A stretch of DNA of 54,074 nt. Origin: Chloroflexota bacterium (GTDB lineage Bacteria; Chloroflexota; Dehalococcoidia; Lucifugimonadales; UBA3495). Shown here in pieces: positions 35,775 through 45,006 of the stretch. Below the pieces are notes generated by a model. It had not been told where the DNA came from. It saw only the letters and a program-made list of their open reading frames with translations, and did not search any database. Both the position numbers and the translations under genes were made by a program. Within the stretch, counting starts at the first letter, position 1; each line of letters starts with the position of its first letter. The stretch is from NCBI GenBank assembly GCA_022562475.1, contig JADFPD010000002.1, forward strand, positions 1 to 54,074, read 5' to 3'.

Positions 35775-37552
35775 GCCGGGGCCGTGCCATTCCGCCGGCC
35801 GTCGAAGACACTGAGGCGCTGGGGTTTGGGCGTTCGAATGAACTTCAGGAATCCCTCTCTGGACATGGTGTTAAGGATGTCCTCCGGCCGGCACCAGGCC
35901 CGGCGGGCCACCGCCACGCCGAAGCGCCGTTTGTCCAGGTGCGCGTGATGGTGGGAATCGGTGTTGATGACCAAGGGCACACCCAGTTCTCGGGCCCGGT
36001 AGGCATGGGTATCCCTCAGGTCCAGACGTTCGGGAGAGGCGTTGATCTCCAGCGCCGTTCCCGTGTCGCGGGCGGCCTGCAGCACCGCCTCCAGGTCGAA
36101 TTCCACCGGCTCACGTTGGCCCAGCAACCGGGTGGTGAGGTGTCCGATGATGGTCACCGAGGGATGTTCCATGGCCTTGATCATGCGGGCGGTCATGGTG
36201 GCTTGGTCTTGGCCCATGGCCGAGTGGACCGAGGCTACCACCACGTCCAACTGGGCCAAAATCTCGTCGGGATAGTCCATCTCGCCGTCGGCGCGGATAT
36301 CGCATTCCGAGCCGCAGAGGATGGTGATGTCGTAGTTCTCTTGCATGGAGCGCAGCAACTCGATCTGTGACTCCAGCCTCTCGTTGGTGAGGCCGTTGGC
36401 GACGCCCAGGCCCGCCGAGTGGTCGGTGAGGGCCATGTACTCGTACCCCTGGGCAGCGGCGGCTTCGACCATCATCTCGATGGGGTCGTTGCCATCGCTC
36501 CATTCGCTGTGGAGGTGCAGGTCGCCTTTCAGGTCTGCTTCTTCCACCAAATTAGGCAGGCGGTCTTCTAGGCTCGCGTCGAGCTCGTACATCCCGGTGC
36601 GCAGTTCGGGCGGCATCCAAGGCAGTCCAAGGCGTGCGTAGAAGCTCTCCTCGTCGGGGAACTCTTCCAACTGACCGGTCTCGGTGACGGTAATGCCGTA
36701 TTCATTGAGGGAGAGCCCCTTTCTTACGGCGAAGTCGCGGAGGCGGATGTTGTGCTGCCGGCTGCCGGTGAAATACTGGAGCAGGGCGCCGAATGAGCCC
36801 GGCTCGCCGATACGCAGATCGATCTGCATACCGGACTCCACCACCACGCTGGTCTTTTTTGGGCCGTGGGCCAGGACGTCTTTGACCATCGGCAAGGCAA
36901 CCAGCGCGTCTCCCACCGCTTCGGGGTCGGGCGCGGTCCCGATCAGGTCAATATCTCCGATGGTCTCTTCCCAACGCCTCAGGCTGCCGGCGGGGAATAG
37001 GGGGCCGATTTCCGGGCATTGTTCCCGCAGGGCCGCGATCACCTCTTCAGCCACCGGCAACGCTTGTCCGATGGGGGTGCGGCTGCCCATGGCCTGAAAG
37101 GCCTGGATGTGGCGCAGTATGCTGTCAGCGGCGCGCTTGCCCATCCGCGGCAACTCGGCCAGGCGGCCGTCCGCGGCAGCTTCGGCCACGCCTGCCACCG
37201 TGCTGATGCCCAACTCTTCGCCGATGGCCACGGCGGTTTTGGGGCCGATGCCGGGAATCTCCTTCAACTCGAGGACGCCTGGCGGCAGCTCCTCCAGCAG
37301 TTTCTGGTAGGCAGCCACTTGACCGGTCCCGATGAACTCGGCGATCTTTTCGCTGATCGCTTTGCCCACGCCCGGTATCTTGGTGAGGTCTTCGCCGTTC
37401 TCCACGGATTGGGCCAGGGGTGAGGACAGTTGCTCGATGGTGCGGGCGGCCCTCTGGTAGGCACGAATCTTGAAGACCGTGTCGCCCTTCATCTCAAGAA
37501 GAGAGCCCATGTTGTCAAACAGCTCGGCTATCTGTTCGTTGGTGGGAACCAT
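35771..37552 (-). CDS. polX: family X DNA polymerase with a C-terminal PHP domain (PolX)
   Basis: N-terminal HhH motifs (IPGVGKAI, IPGIGPKT), a nucleotidyltransferase core (GS.RR..E..GDIDL) and PHP motifs (DLHLHSEWSDG .. TDH). Confidence 0.9.
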   Translation of the reverse strand: MVPTNEQIAELFDNMGSLLEMKGDTVFKIRAYQRAARTIEQLSSPLAQSVENGEDLTKIPGVGKAISEKIAEFIGTGQVAAYQKLLEELPPGVLELKEIPGIGPKTAVAIGEELGISTVAGVAEAAADGRLAELPRMGKRAADSILRHIQAFQAMGSRTPIGQALPVAEEVIAALREQCPEIGPLFPAGSLRRWEETIGDIDLIGTAPDPEAVGDALVALPMVKDVLAHGPKKTSVVVESGMQIDLRIGEPGSFGALLQYFTGSRQHNIRLRDFAVRKGLSLNEYGITVTETGQLEEFPDEESFYARLGLPWMPPELRTGMYELDASLEDRLPNLVEEADLKGDLHLHSEWSDGNDPIEMMVEAAAAQGYEYMALTDHSAGLGVANGLTNERLESQIELLRSMQENYDITILCGSECDIRADGEMDYPDEILAQLDVVVASVHSAMGQDQATMTARMIKAMEHPSVTIIGHLTTRLLGQREPVEFDLEAVLQAARDTGTALEINASPERLDLRDTHAYRARELGVPLVINTDSHHHAHLDKRRFGVAVARRAWCRPEDILNTMSREGFLKFIRTPKPQRLSVFDGRRNGTAPA

Positions 37553-37558
37553 AACCAG

Positions 37559-38587
37559 CTACTCGGCGGGGTTCCCTTGGATGCCATGGACCATCTGGCT
37601 CATGAAGGCCGAAAGATGCCGGACGCCACCGATGGCCGCCACGTACTCCATCCGTTTGGGACCGATGACGCAGACCGTGCCGCTCACACCTTGGGGGACG
37701 CCGTATTGACACAGGATGACACCGAAGGGGTACAAGAACTCCTCCCGGTTTTCCTCCCCGATGAACACGACCGGGTTCGCCGTCTCCTGCGTGGCGCTCA
37801 GCACCCGCTCCAATAGGGCCCGGTCCTCCACCATTTGGACCAACTGGCGCGCCAGCTCCCCTCCGGAAAATTCAGGCTGACTCAGCAGCAGGCGCAGACC
37901 GTCAGTGTAATGCTCCTGGTCGTTGGTGCTTTCCGCCTCGCGCATGAGGCTCACCGAACCCTCTTTGACCTGTTCTTCCAGCGGATTGAGCTCAAGCCTG
38001 TTTGATTGCATCTGAGAACTATTGAGGCCACCAAGGGAATCGTTCAAGCGGCTTGCCGCCAGGTCTAACTGCACTTGGTCCACTTTTTTCCCGAATGGGA
38101 GTATCTTCCGGAGCAACCGCGCTTCCTCAAGCACCAGCACCAGAAGGGCGGTGGACTCTTGAAGAAATACCAGTTGGATCCGCTTGAGACGAGGGAACTG
38201 CGCTCTGGGGGCAGTGACAATGGCCAGGTTTTCGGTGAGCCGGGATAGGATCGCCGCGCACCGCTTGCTCCAGGCGCCTATGTCCGACTCCGTTTGGGCC
38301 AGGTCGCGGTCCACGCTCTCCCGCAGTTCCGGGGGGAGTTGTGGTGCCTCAGGCAGGCTTTCCACATAGAACCTGTAGCCCAGGTCGGAAGGCACGCCAC
38401 CGGAGGAAACATGGGGCCGGGAGATGTAGCCGTCTTCCGTAAGCTGGGCCATGGTATTGCGGACAGTGGCCGAGCTTATCTTTTGGTCGAGGCTTCGGGC
38501 AATCTCATCCGACGCTACCGGAGTAGCGGATTGAAGGTACTCGCCAACCAAGACGTTAAGTACTGCCGCAGCCCGTCCGCTGAGCAT
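37559..38587 (-). CDS. hrcA: heat-inducible transcription repressor HrcA
   Basis: N-terminal winged HTH (R...VL..LV.EY......PV.S..I) and the C-terminal ..GVIGP.RM.Y... motif (VCVIGPKRMEY). Confidence 0.9.
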   Translation of the reverse strand: MLSGRAAAVLNVLVGEYLQSATPVASDEIARSLDQKISSATVRNTMAQLTEDGYISRPHVSSGGVPSDLGYRFYVESLPEAPQLPPELRESVDRDLAQTESDIGAWSKRCAAILSRLTENLAIVTAPRAQFPRLKRIQLVFLQESTALLVLVLEEARLLRKILPFGKKVDQVQLDLAASRLNDSLGGLNSSQMQSNRLELNPLEEQVKEGSVSLMREAESTNDQEHYTDGLRLLLSQPEFSGGELARQLVQMVEDRALLERVLSATQETANPVVFIGEENREEFLYPFGVILCQYGVPQGVSGTVCVIGPKRMEYVAAIGGVRHLSAFMSQMVHGIQGNPAE

Positions 38588-38773
38588 CAGTCTCCCGCCA
38601 GCACCGCTATCGGGTCCTCAGTTTGAGACTAAGGAAGCTATTTTCGGACGTTAACATAGCTTTCTGGGCGGTGTCAAACGTTGACCCCTTGGGCCTATAC
38701 AATTATACTCAGCCAGAGTTTTGCCGGAGAATCTCCGGAGTTTGAATCATACGATAGGTGGGTAGGGATAGAC

Positions 38774-39442
38774 GTGGCTGCTCAAACTGGAACTCGCTCC
38801 CTGATCGATGCTCTCATCCCATTGGACGCGCGCAGCGCCAGGATCGCCCGGGATGTCGCCCTCATAGCCCTCTTCGCCCTGATGACGACTGGGCTGGCCC
38901 GGATCTCCGTACATCTTCCCTTCACCCCCGTGCCCATCACCGGGCAGACGTTGGCCGTGCTCCTGGCCGGCGCGACGTTGGGCAGTTGGCGGGGCGCCGC
39001 GGCGATGGTGGTGTACGCGGTGGGCGGCAGCCAACTCAACATGTTCGCCGGGGGCAGCGACGCCATCTTCCACTGGCAGGCCGGTTCGGGCGGCTATATC
39101 TTCGGCATCACGTCCGGGTCTTCGGGCCTCGTCTGGGACCTGGCTTCCGGTGGGTACATCATCGGCTTCATTCCGGCTGCGTTCGTGGTGGGTTTCCTGT
39201 GTGAGCGCGGATGGGACAGGAAGTCTTGGATAATGGTAGCCATGCTGGCCGGCAACGTGGTCCTCTACGTGCCCGGCCTGCTCCAGCTTTCATTCTTCGT
39301 GCCCAACGACAAAGTCATGGAATTCGGGCTCTACCCATTCATAGCAGGGGACTTGATCAAGCTTTACATCGCCGCCATCTCCGTCCCTGTCGCCTGGACC
39401 CTTCTAAATCTAAATAAACCTCGGGATGAACAATGGACATAA
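38774..39442 (+). CDS. bioY: biotin transporter BioY
   Basis: VPITGQTLAVLLAG..LG...G is the hallmark BioY motif. The GTG at 38774 follows GGTAGGGA. The track's TTG at 38681 is an alternative start. Confidence 0.8.
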   Translation: MAAQTGTRSLIDALIPLDARSARIARDVALIALFALMTTGLARISVHLPFTPVPITGQTLAVLLAGATLGSWRGAAAMVVYAVGGSQLNMFAGGSDAIFHWQAGSGGYIFGITSGSSGLVWDLASGGYIIGFIPAAFVVGFLCERGWDRKSWIMVAMLAGNVVLYVPGLLQLSFFVPNDKVMEFGLYPFIAGDLIKLYIAAISVPVAWTLLNLNKPRDEQWT

Positions 39443-40080
39443 CCTGGTTAGGACATTCTTGCTTCCGCCTCCACGACGCCGACATGACCGTGGTGACAGA
39501 CCCTTATCCGGCTTCGGTGGGCCTGAGAGTCGACAACCGGCCCGCGGAGATCGTCACCATTAGCAACCCTCACCCCAATCACAATAACGCCGGCAGCATC
39601 GAAGGCGAACCCAAGGTGTTCAAGGACCCAGGAGAGTACGAATACAACGGCGTCACCGCCCGCGGCGTGATGACGCCCTTGGCTGAGGGACAACCCCAGG
39701 AGGAACGCAACGTAGCCTTTACCATTGAGATTGGCAACATCAACATCTGCCATCTCGGCGACATCTCCATGCCTCTGACAACCCGCATCGTCGACGAATT
39801 AAAGCCCGTGGATGTTGTATTGGTGCCCACAGGCGGAAGATGCACCCTGGATATGGACCAGGTATATCAGACACTTCAGGACCTGGACGCCAAGATCGTG
39901 ATTCCGATGCATTACAAGACCGATGGGACCAAAGTTGATGTGGACCCCATCGACAATTTTGTCCGGCGCATGGGTTTGGACGAAGTGCAAGCCCAGCCGC
40001 GTCTGGTGGTCACCACCACCAATCTAGGCGCCGACATGCGCGTGGTGGTAATGACCAGCCAGGGAAGGCCCAGGCAGTAA
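39433..40080 (+). CDS. MBL-fold metal-dependent hydrolase (UPF0173-like)
   Basis: ITWLGHSCF.., TDPY, ..ICHLGD... Overlaps the bioY stop by 10 nt. Confidence 0.85.
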   Translation: MDITWLGHSCFRLHDADMTVVTDPYPASVGLRVDNRPAEIVTISNPHPNHNNAGSIEGEPKVFKDPGEYEYNGVTARGVMTPLAEGQPQEERNVAFTIEIGNINICHLGDISMPLTTRIVDELKPVDVVLVPTGGRCTLDMDQVYQTLQDLDAKIVIPMHYKTDGTKVDVDPIDNFVRRMGLDEVQAQPRLVVTTTNLGADMRVVVMTSQGRPRQ

Positions 40081-40294
40081 CCCGGTCTTCTTCCAATAAT
40101 TTCCCTGCGCCCACTCTCCTAGTTTCAAACCGCTGACTTCCCCCAACCCATGTTTGACCGATCGTTAATTTTTCCAACGGCATGCCCGCAACCGTCAACG
40201 ATGGGGCCCTGCGCATCTTAAGCCGGTACGCTCTCTCAGCGGCCGGCTACGAAAGTAAGCCGAAGAAAGAGGTGGGTTGGAGATGGGCCGCGGT

Positions 40295-40888
40295 TTAGGC
40301 TTCCTTGCGCCTCGCTGCCATCAACAGGCCTGCTCCAGCCACCACGGCGGCACCACCGGCCATCAAAGCGATCTTTGGCAGTCTGGCCACGGAAGGGTCA
40401 CCCGCGACCGGCAATGAGGCGGTGGGAGTCGCTCTGGGGGTTGGCTCCGGCAGGGGCGTTGGGTCCGGTAGAGGCATAGGCTCTACGAACGTCAGGTCTT
40501 GCACGTAGAAATCGAATACCCCGATGTACGGCCTGGATTCCAGAGCCCGGACCCTGCCGAACTCGTTCACCAGATAGAAGGTGATGGTGTGACCGACCAG
40601 TTCCTCGTTTAAGGGCTTGACCTCCAGTTGGTGGAAGGTCCCGTCGGCCTTGAGGCTGTACGGCGGGCTTTGGAACCCGTCTTCGCAACTGTCGATGCAG
40701 GCGATGAGGATGGTTCCCTCCGCAGGCGGCGACCCTTGCAACAGCACGGCGCCGGAGAAGAAATCCTGGAAGAACGGCTGAGGGGGCCGCTCAGCCTGAT
40801 TCGGTGTTGCCCCTAAAACGGCGAAGGCGGCAATAAGAAGGACCGTGACCAAGGATATGATTGCAGAGAACCGCCCCACCACACACAC
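40295..40888 (-). CDS. envelope protein with an N-terminal signal anchor, a beta-rich domain, a Pro-rich linker and a C-terminal TM + basic tail
   Basis: 197 aa. The C-terminus is ..LPVAGDPSVARLPKIALMAGGAAVVAGAGLLMAARRKEA. GTG start, with several alternatives. Confidence 0.6.
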   Translation of the reverse strand: MCVVGRFSAIISLVTVLLIAAFAVLGATPNQAERPPQPFFQDFFSGAVLLQGSPPAEGTILIACIDSCEDGFQSPPYSLKADGTFHQLEVKPLNEELVGHTITFYLVNEFGRVRALESRPYIGVFDFYVQDLTFVEPMPLPDPTPLPEPTPRATPTASLPVAGDPSVARLPKIALMAGGAAVVAGAGLLMAARRKEA

Positions 40889-41085
40889 CTCGCTGGAACT
40901 GTCCGGTACCCTGGTGTATCTCGCCAGCTTCGGACTTCAACGTCCGATGGCAGACCATCCAAACTCTGGATACGTCCCGGGCCGTCCGGGTCAGGCGAAT
41001 CGATATACCTATATCGTGGCCTATCGAACGGCCCTATGCAACACGATTGGCAGATGGTTTGCTCCGATTTTGGGGTCGGGGTAAT

Positions 41086-41125
41086 GAAAAAGAGGGAGTC
41101 CCGCATCAGCGGGACTCCCTCTTTT
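41086..41125 (-). terminator. rho-independent terminator after the collagen-like gene
   Basis: aaaa-agagggagtcccgc-atca-gcgggactccctct-tttt: a perfect 14-bp stem with A/T runs on both sides. Confidence 0.75.
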
Positions 41126-41154
41126 AAGCGCTGTTTAAGGCTTCCTAATTAGGA

Positions 41155-41811
41155 CTAGGCGCGCCTTCCCATCATGTACGATCCACCGGCGGCCAATAGG
41201 GCCACGATGGCTACGATGAGCGCGATGAGGCCAAGGGCTCCACCGCCGTCATCGCCTTCTGCGCCGGCAGGTCCGGCGGGTCCGGCAGATCCTGCAGCTC
41301 CAGCGGAGCCGGTAGATCCCGAGGACCCGGCAGAGCCGGTAGAGCCGTCAGAGCCAGCAGGTCCGGCTGGGCCTGGAGGGCCCGCGGATCCGGCAGCTCC
41401 GGCTGCTCCGGTAGTACCTCTAGGGCCGACTGCGCCGGTGCTTCCGGGGCCGCCGCCGCCGCCAGATGACCCGGAAGTCGCGGTGAGGTTCACAATGTCA
41501 CCGCCGCCCTCTTCCCAAAGGATGGTCTGGGAAGCGTTGGCGCCGCTGACTTTGAATGCCACCGTCTTGCCAGGGAAACCGGCGTTGCTGACAACAAGTA
41601 GACTATATTCGCCGCCATCCACGTTGGTGGCGGCCACCTGTTCGCCGTCTATCCATGCTGTGACAGCGGCTCCATCGACAGCGGTTGCGCCGTCCAGAGT
41701 CACTGTCCCCACGAAAACGTGGGGCCTGGCATTCTGTGCGAACACGGCTGTGGGTATTGCTAGTAATAGTGCCAAGGCCGTTACCAAGGCCAGGAATCTA
41801 GTTTTGGTCAT
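41155..41811 (-). CDS. membrane-anchored collagen-like (Gly-X-Y repeat) protein
   Basis: Signal peptide ..AIPTAVFA|QN, a ~90-aa beta domain, then about 22-25 uninterrupted G-X-Y triplets (GAVGPRGTTGAAGAAGSAGPPGPAGPAG...; nt 41242-41460), a GGG motif, a TM helix and an RRA tail. Strong AAGGAGGA RBS. Confidence 0.75.
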   Translation of the reverse strand: MTKTRFLALVTALALLLAIPTAVFAQNARPHVFVGTVTLDGATAVDGAAVTAWIDGEQVAATNVDGGEYSLLVVSNAGFPGKTVAFKVSGANASQTILWEEGGGDIVNLTATSGSSGGGGGPGSTGAVGPRGTTGAAGAAGSAGPPGPAGPAGSDGSTGSAGSSGSTGSAGAAGSAGPAGPAGAEGDDGGGALGLIALIVAIVALLAAGGSYMMGRRA

Positions 41812-41844
41812 TCGGTCCTCCTTGTTTCAATGGTGGTTGGTGTT

Positions 41845-41877
41845 GCTAGGCCGTCCCGATTCATCAGGGACGGCCTA
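41845..41877 (-). terminator. intercistronic hairpin (12-bp stem) between the surface-protein and collagen-like genes; no U-run
   Basis: ctaggccgtccc-gattcatca-gggacggcctag. Confidence 0.45.
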
Positions 41878-41897
41878 GCGTTGACCTTATCCTATCC

Positions 41898-44450
41898 TTA
41901 GTTAAGGGAGATCAGGTTCCAACCTGGGAACAAGGTCCCGCCTTGGAATGCCTGTTCGGTCGTCACATTCACCCAGACGATGTCGCCGGCTCCGGACTTC
42001 TCCAGAGTGTTGGCTGCGGCGAACGCAGGCCTCGGGTCGTAGAACTCCCAACCCTGGGTCGCGTTGTCGAACCGCCATACCCGGACTAGGTTATCGCCAT
42101 TGGCGATGACGTCCGCGAAGATCTCCGCAGGAGCAGTCGTAGCTGCCGCTGCTTGACCGGCCGCTGCCAGTACGGAGAGCGATGTGGACACCGTGTTGGC
42201 TCCGATCTTGACGGTCACGATGTTCGAACCGGTAACGCCCGGTACGATGAACGAGGTGGTCAGTCCGCCTTCGGAGTCAGAGGTTACCACGCCGCTCCGG
42301 ACATCGGCGCCACCGATGGTGAGGGTTGACAGCCCGGAGAGGGGCGGGAAGCCAGAGGCGATAACGTCTACGACATCACCGATATTGGCTTCGGTGGAGG
42401 ATAGCGTGACCTTTGGCTTGGGAATGGACAGTGTCTGCGCGGTGGCTGTGTTGCCCACACTGTCGGCATCCTTGGCCGTGAAAGTCACCGTCTTCGGTCC
42501 AACACCGACCGTGCTGGGAATCGTGACTGCAGTATCGATACCACCGGCCCCGTCGGAGACGGCTACTTTCGTAATAACCGTGGTCCCGCCGGATGCCAGG
42601 GTGATCGTAACTGAAGTATTTGGTACCCAACCTTCCCCTGTGACAGGAACGGACTGGCCCATAGTCGCCGAGGCCACGCCCACCGAGATCGTCGGGACGG
42701 TGACGGTGAACTTAGTGGTCCCGGTAAGGTCGTCCGAATTGTTCTCGGTGCCGTCCGCGCCGTTGTCCTTCAACGATATGGTCTTGGAACCGATTCCAGC
42801 GTCCTTCGGTATAGAAAGGCTGATGCCCGGCACGTCACCTGAGGACGTCAGGTTGGCCAGTGGATGGGTGGTCGACTTACCGTCAACTGTGACCTTGTTG
42901 GCGGCAACAGTACCGGAACCCGTGAACTTGGTGCCGGTGATCAATACCTTGGTTCCTCTCGGTCCAGTGGTGGGCACCACGGTCAGTACGCGTGATGTCA
43001 CCGTGAACTTGTCGGACCCGGTCGAAGCGACTCCGTCAGCTCCTTCGATCGACACCGTCAACGTGATGACCGAAGTCGTCGCGGAGGAGGGTATCGTGAA
43101 CTGGTCGGAGCCAGGCAGCGCGCCGCTGCCTGTCGTGAACAGATTGGTCTTCGTCGTCGAATCAAAGTCCGGGTTGAGGGACGAAGTATTGGCGGCAGCT
43201 GCGGGCCGGCTGGCTGGGAATCCAGTGCCGACTATCGTAACTGTCGTTCCAGGAGGACCACTGTCGGGGGTGATCGTTACCGAGCGTCCCTCGACTTCGA
43301 TGGTCCCTGTGGCGCTGGTGCCGTTGGCGTCCGTCACCTTTACCTGGTTGACGCCCTTCTTTGCGTTGCTGGGTATCTTAACTGAAATCTTGAAGTCGTC
43401 GAGACCACTGGTGCCACCTGACGGATTGTCGGCATCCCGGTCTATATGAGCCTTGCTTGAGATCGTGCCCACTACTTGGGTCGACGTGAGCGCGATGCCG
43501 CCGAACAGTATGGACGCCTCGCTGGCGATGTTACTGCCGGCCTTGTAATTCTTACCAGTGAGGGAGATCGTGTCGCCTGCTTTACCGGTCCCGGTCACGG
43601 TGAGCTCGGCTTTAACCGCGATGGAACCGGAGGTAGCGGATAGACCGGCGGTGTCAGTTGCCGTGACTGTGCCGGTGCTCCCCTTCATCGTTCCTGAAAT
43701 GACGGCCTTGCGGTCGCTACCTACTACAGCGGAACCGGAAACCACACCGCCGCTCAAGCTGACGGTGAGGCCGGTGGTGAATCCACCAACCGTTACGGTG
43801 ACTGCCCCGCCTTCAACCTGTGAGGTCTTGCCACCCAGGGAGATCGTCCGCGTGAAACTTAACGGACCGCCCGCCGTGGCGATATTCACGTTGATCGGAT
43901 CCGCGCTGGTCGATACCTTTCCTGCGGTATTAGCGCTTAAGGTACCGGCCGAACCGCTCTTCGCCGGGTTCACGATGCCGGCAAGCTGGCTGAAGCTGAT
44001 TCTTATCAACGTGCCAGGAGCACTAGCTCCAGTTATCGGGGCATCGATATTGTCACCGCCCGTCTTAAACCCGGGCACCGTTATGGTAACGGTTTGGCCG
44101 CTAACCGTCGGGTCTGCGGTCAGCGGTTGCAACAGGGTATCCGGACCGGCAGCGATCCTAGATTTATCTATGGTTGCCGGAAGTACAACACCGGCCGGGA
44201 ATGTGATCGTGATGGTTCCCGAACCGGCGGCCAACGCCGTTGCGGTCCCCGTTAGACCGAAGGTCACGTCCCAGCTTGTCTTTTTGTTTACGCTGAGGCT
44301 AGCGGGAATGAACGCGGGGTTGTGGACACCAGTGCCGTTGTCTGCCTTAACTTCCGAGGCTGAAAACATGCCCAAGGCAAACATCGTCGCGATAACGGCG
44401 ATGGCCATGAGCAGTGCGAGCCCAAAAGATTGTCCTATTTTAGTGTTCAT
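41898..44450 (-). CDS. large secreted cell-surface protein with multiple IPT/TIG-like Ig-fold repeats (S-layer candidate)
   Basis: 850 aa, rich in T/G/S/V. Repeated ..P.sGPpGT.VTI.GtGF.. modules (e.g. ITPDSGPPGTTVTIVGTGFPAS, VVPTTGPRGTKVLITGTKFTGSG). N-terminal hydrophobic signal. Strong RBS AAGGAGATAGGAG and a 550-nt AT-rich upstream region. Confidence 0.8.
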   Translation of the reverse strand: MNTKIGQSFGLALLMAIAVIATMFALGMFSASEVKADNGTGVHNPAFIPASLSVNKKTSWDVTFGLTGTATALAAGSGTITITFPAGVVLPATIDKSRIAAGPDTLLQPLTADPTVSGQTVTITVPGFKTGGDNIDAPITGASAPGTLIRISFSQLAGIVNPAKSGSAGTLSANTAGKVSTSADPINVNIATAGGPLSFTRTISLGGKTSQVEGGAVTVTVGGFTTGLTVSLSGGVVSGSAVVGSDRKAVISGTMKGSTGTVTATDTAGLSATSGSIAVKAELTVTGTGKAGDTISLTGKNYKAGSNIASEASILFGGIALTSTQVVGTISSKAHIDRDADNPSGGTSGLDDFKISVKIPSNAKKGVNQVKVTDANGTSATGTIEVEGRSVTITPDSGPPGTTVTIVGTGFPASRPAAAANTSSLNPDFDSTTKTNLFTTGSGALPGSDQFTIPSSATTSVITLTVSIEGADGVASTGSDKFTVTSRVLTVVPTTGPRGTKVLITGTKFTGSGTVAANKVTVDGKSTTHPLANLTSSGDVPGISLSIPKDAGIGSKTISLKDNGADGTENNSDDLTGTTKFTVTVPTISVGVASATMGQSVPVTGEGWVPNTSVTITLASGGTTVITKVAVSDGAGGIDTAVTIPSTVGVGPKTVTFTAKDADSVGNTATAQTLSIPKPKVTLSSTEANIGDVVDVIASGFPPLSGLSTLTIGGADVRSGVVTSDSEGGLTTSFIVPGVTGSNIVTVKIGANTVSTSLSVLAAAGQAAAATTAPAEIFADVIANGDNLVRVWRFDNATQGWEFYDPRPAFAAANTLEKSGAGDIVWVNVTTEQAFQGGTLFPGWNLISLN

Positions 44451-44550
44451 CTACTCCTATCTCCTTGTGCTGCTTACTTGAAGCGAAGATTACTTCTGTG
44501 ATCCTTTTCCTTTTGGACTTCGCTTACATTCACTTGAATCTACCGAAAAT

Positions 44551-44570
44551 TGTGTTACCGGTGTGTTACC
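44551..44570. repeat. direct 9-mer repeat tgtgttacc-gg-tgtgttacc (11-nt period) about 100 nt upstream of the surface-protein start
   Basis: Read directly from the sequence. Confidence 0.85.
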
Positions 44571-45006
44571 TGCCTGCGAGTCCTCCGGGTGAATCGAACC
44601 TCTACTCACATATACAACCCCCGCGGAGGCTTGGGAATATCAGAGGAATCGATATCCGGAGAAATAAAAATAAGGCCACAAAAAGACATAGTTACCCCTC
44701 GCCTCCTAATAAAATAGATAGACTGAGCTAAATTCTCTCATATTTAGCACTATCGACTTTCGCTTGTCAAGGTGCCCAACTTAACTCTAACCAGTAAAAA
44801 TCGCCCCATGGGTTTCCCCGTGGAGCGGTCCACCAACGGAGTTTTTAAGCCGGGACTTGAGGTGATCAGTTGCGCGCCAGCCGATTGCGCAAGGTACATT
44901 GTGGGATTGATCTTTAAAAAGCGCAACCCGTCTAATGGGCCAATTTCCGGCCATTTACGGCCGAAGTCCGTTGATCACCCGGTTTCGACGCTAAGGTGAC
45001 GGTATT

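Noticed and set aside
38588-38680. CIRCE operator upstream of hrcA.
   Set aside because: Only a weak inverted repeat (agtctc ..30 nt.. gagact) is present. There is no TTAGCACTC-N9-GAGTGCTAA-like sequence.
40295-40420. LPVAG in the C-terminal tail of the 197-aa protein read as a sortase LPXTG signal, and KIGQSFG at the N-terminus of the 850-aa protein read as a type IV pilin/class III signal.
   Set aside because: - LPVAG lacks the Thr and lies 12 residues before the TM segment.
- The pilin-like segment lacks the conserved Glu at +5.
- I treat both only as a generic anchor and signal sequence.
41242-41460. Highly periodic GC-rich repetitive DNA that could be mistaken for a tandem-repeat array or CRISPR-like array.
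   Set aside because: The periodicity is 9 nt or 3 codons within an intact ORF and encodes Gly-X-Y triplets. There is no repeat-spacer architecture.
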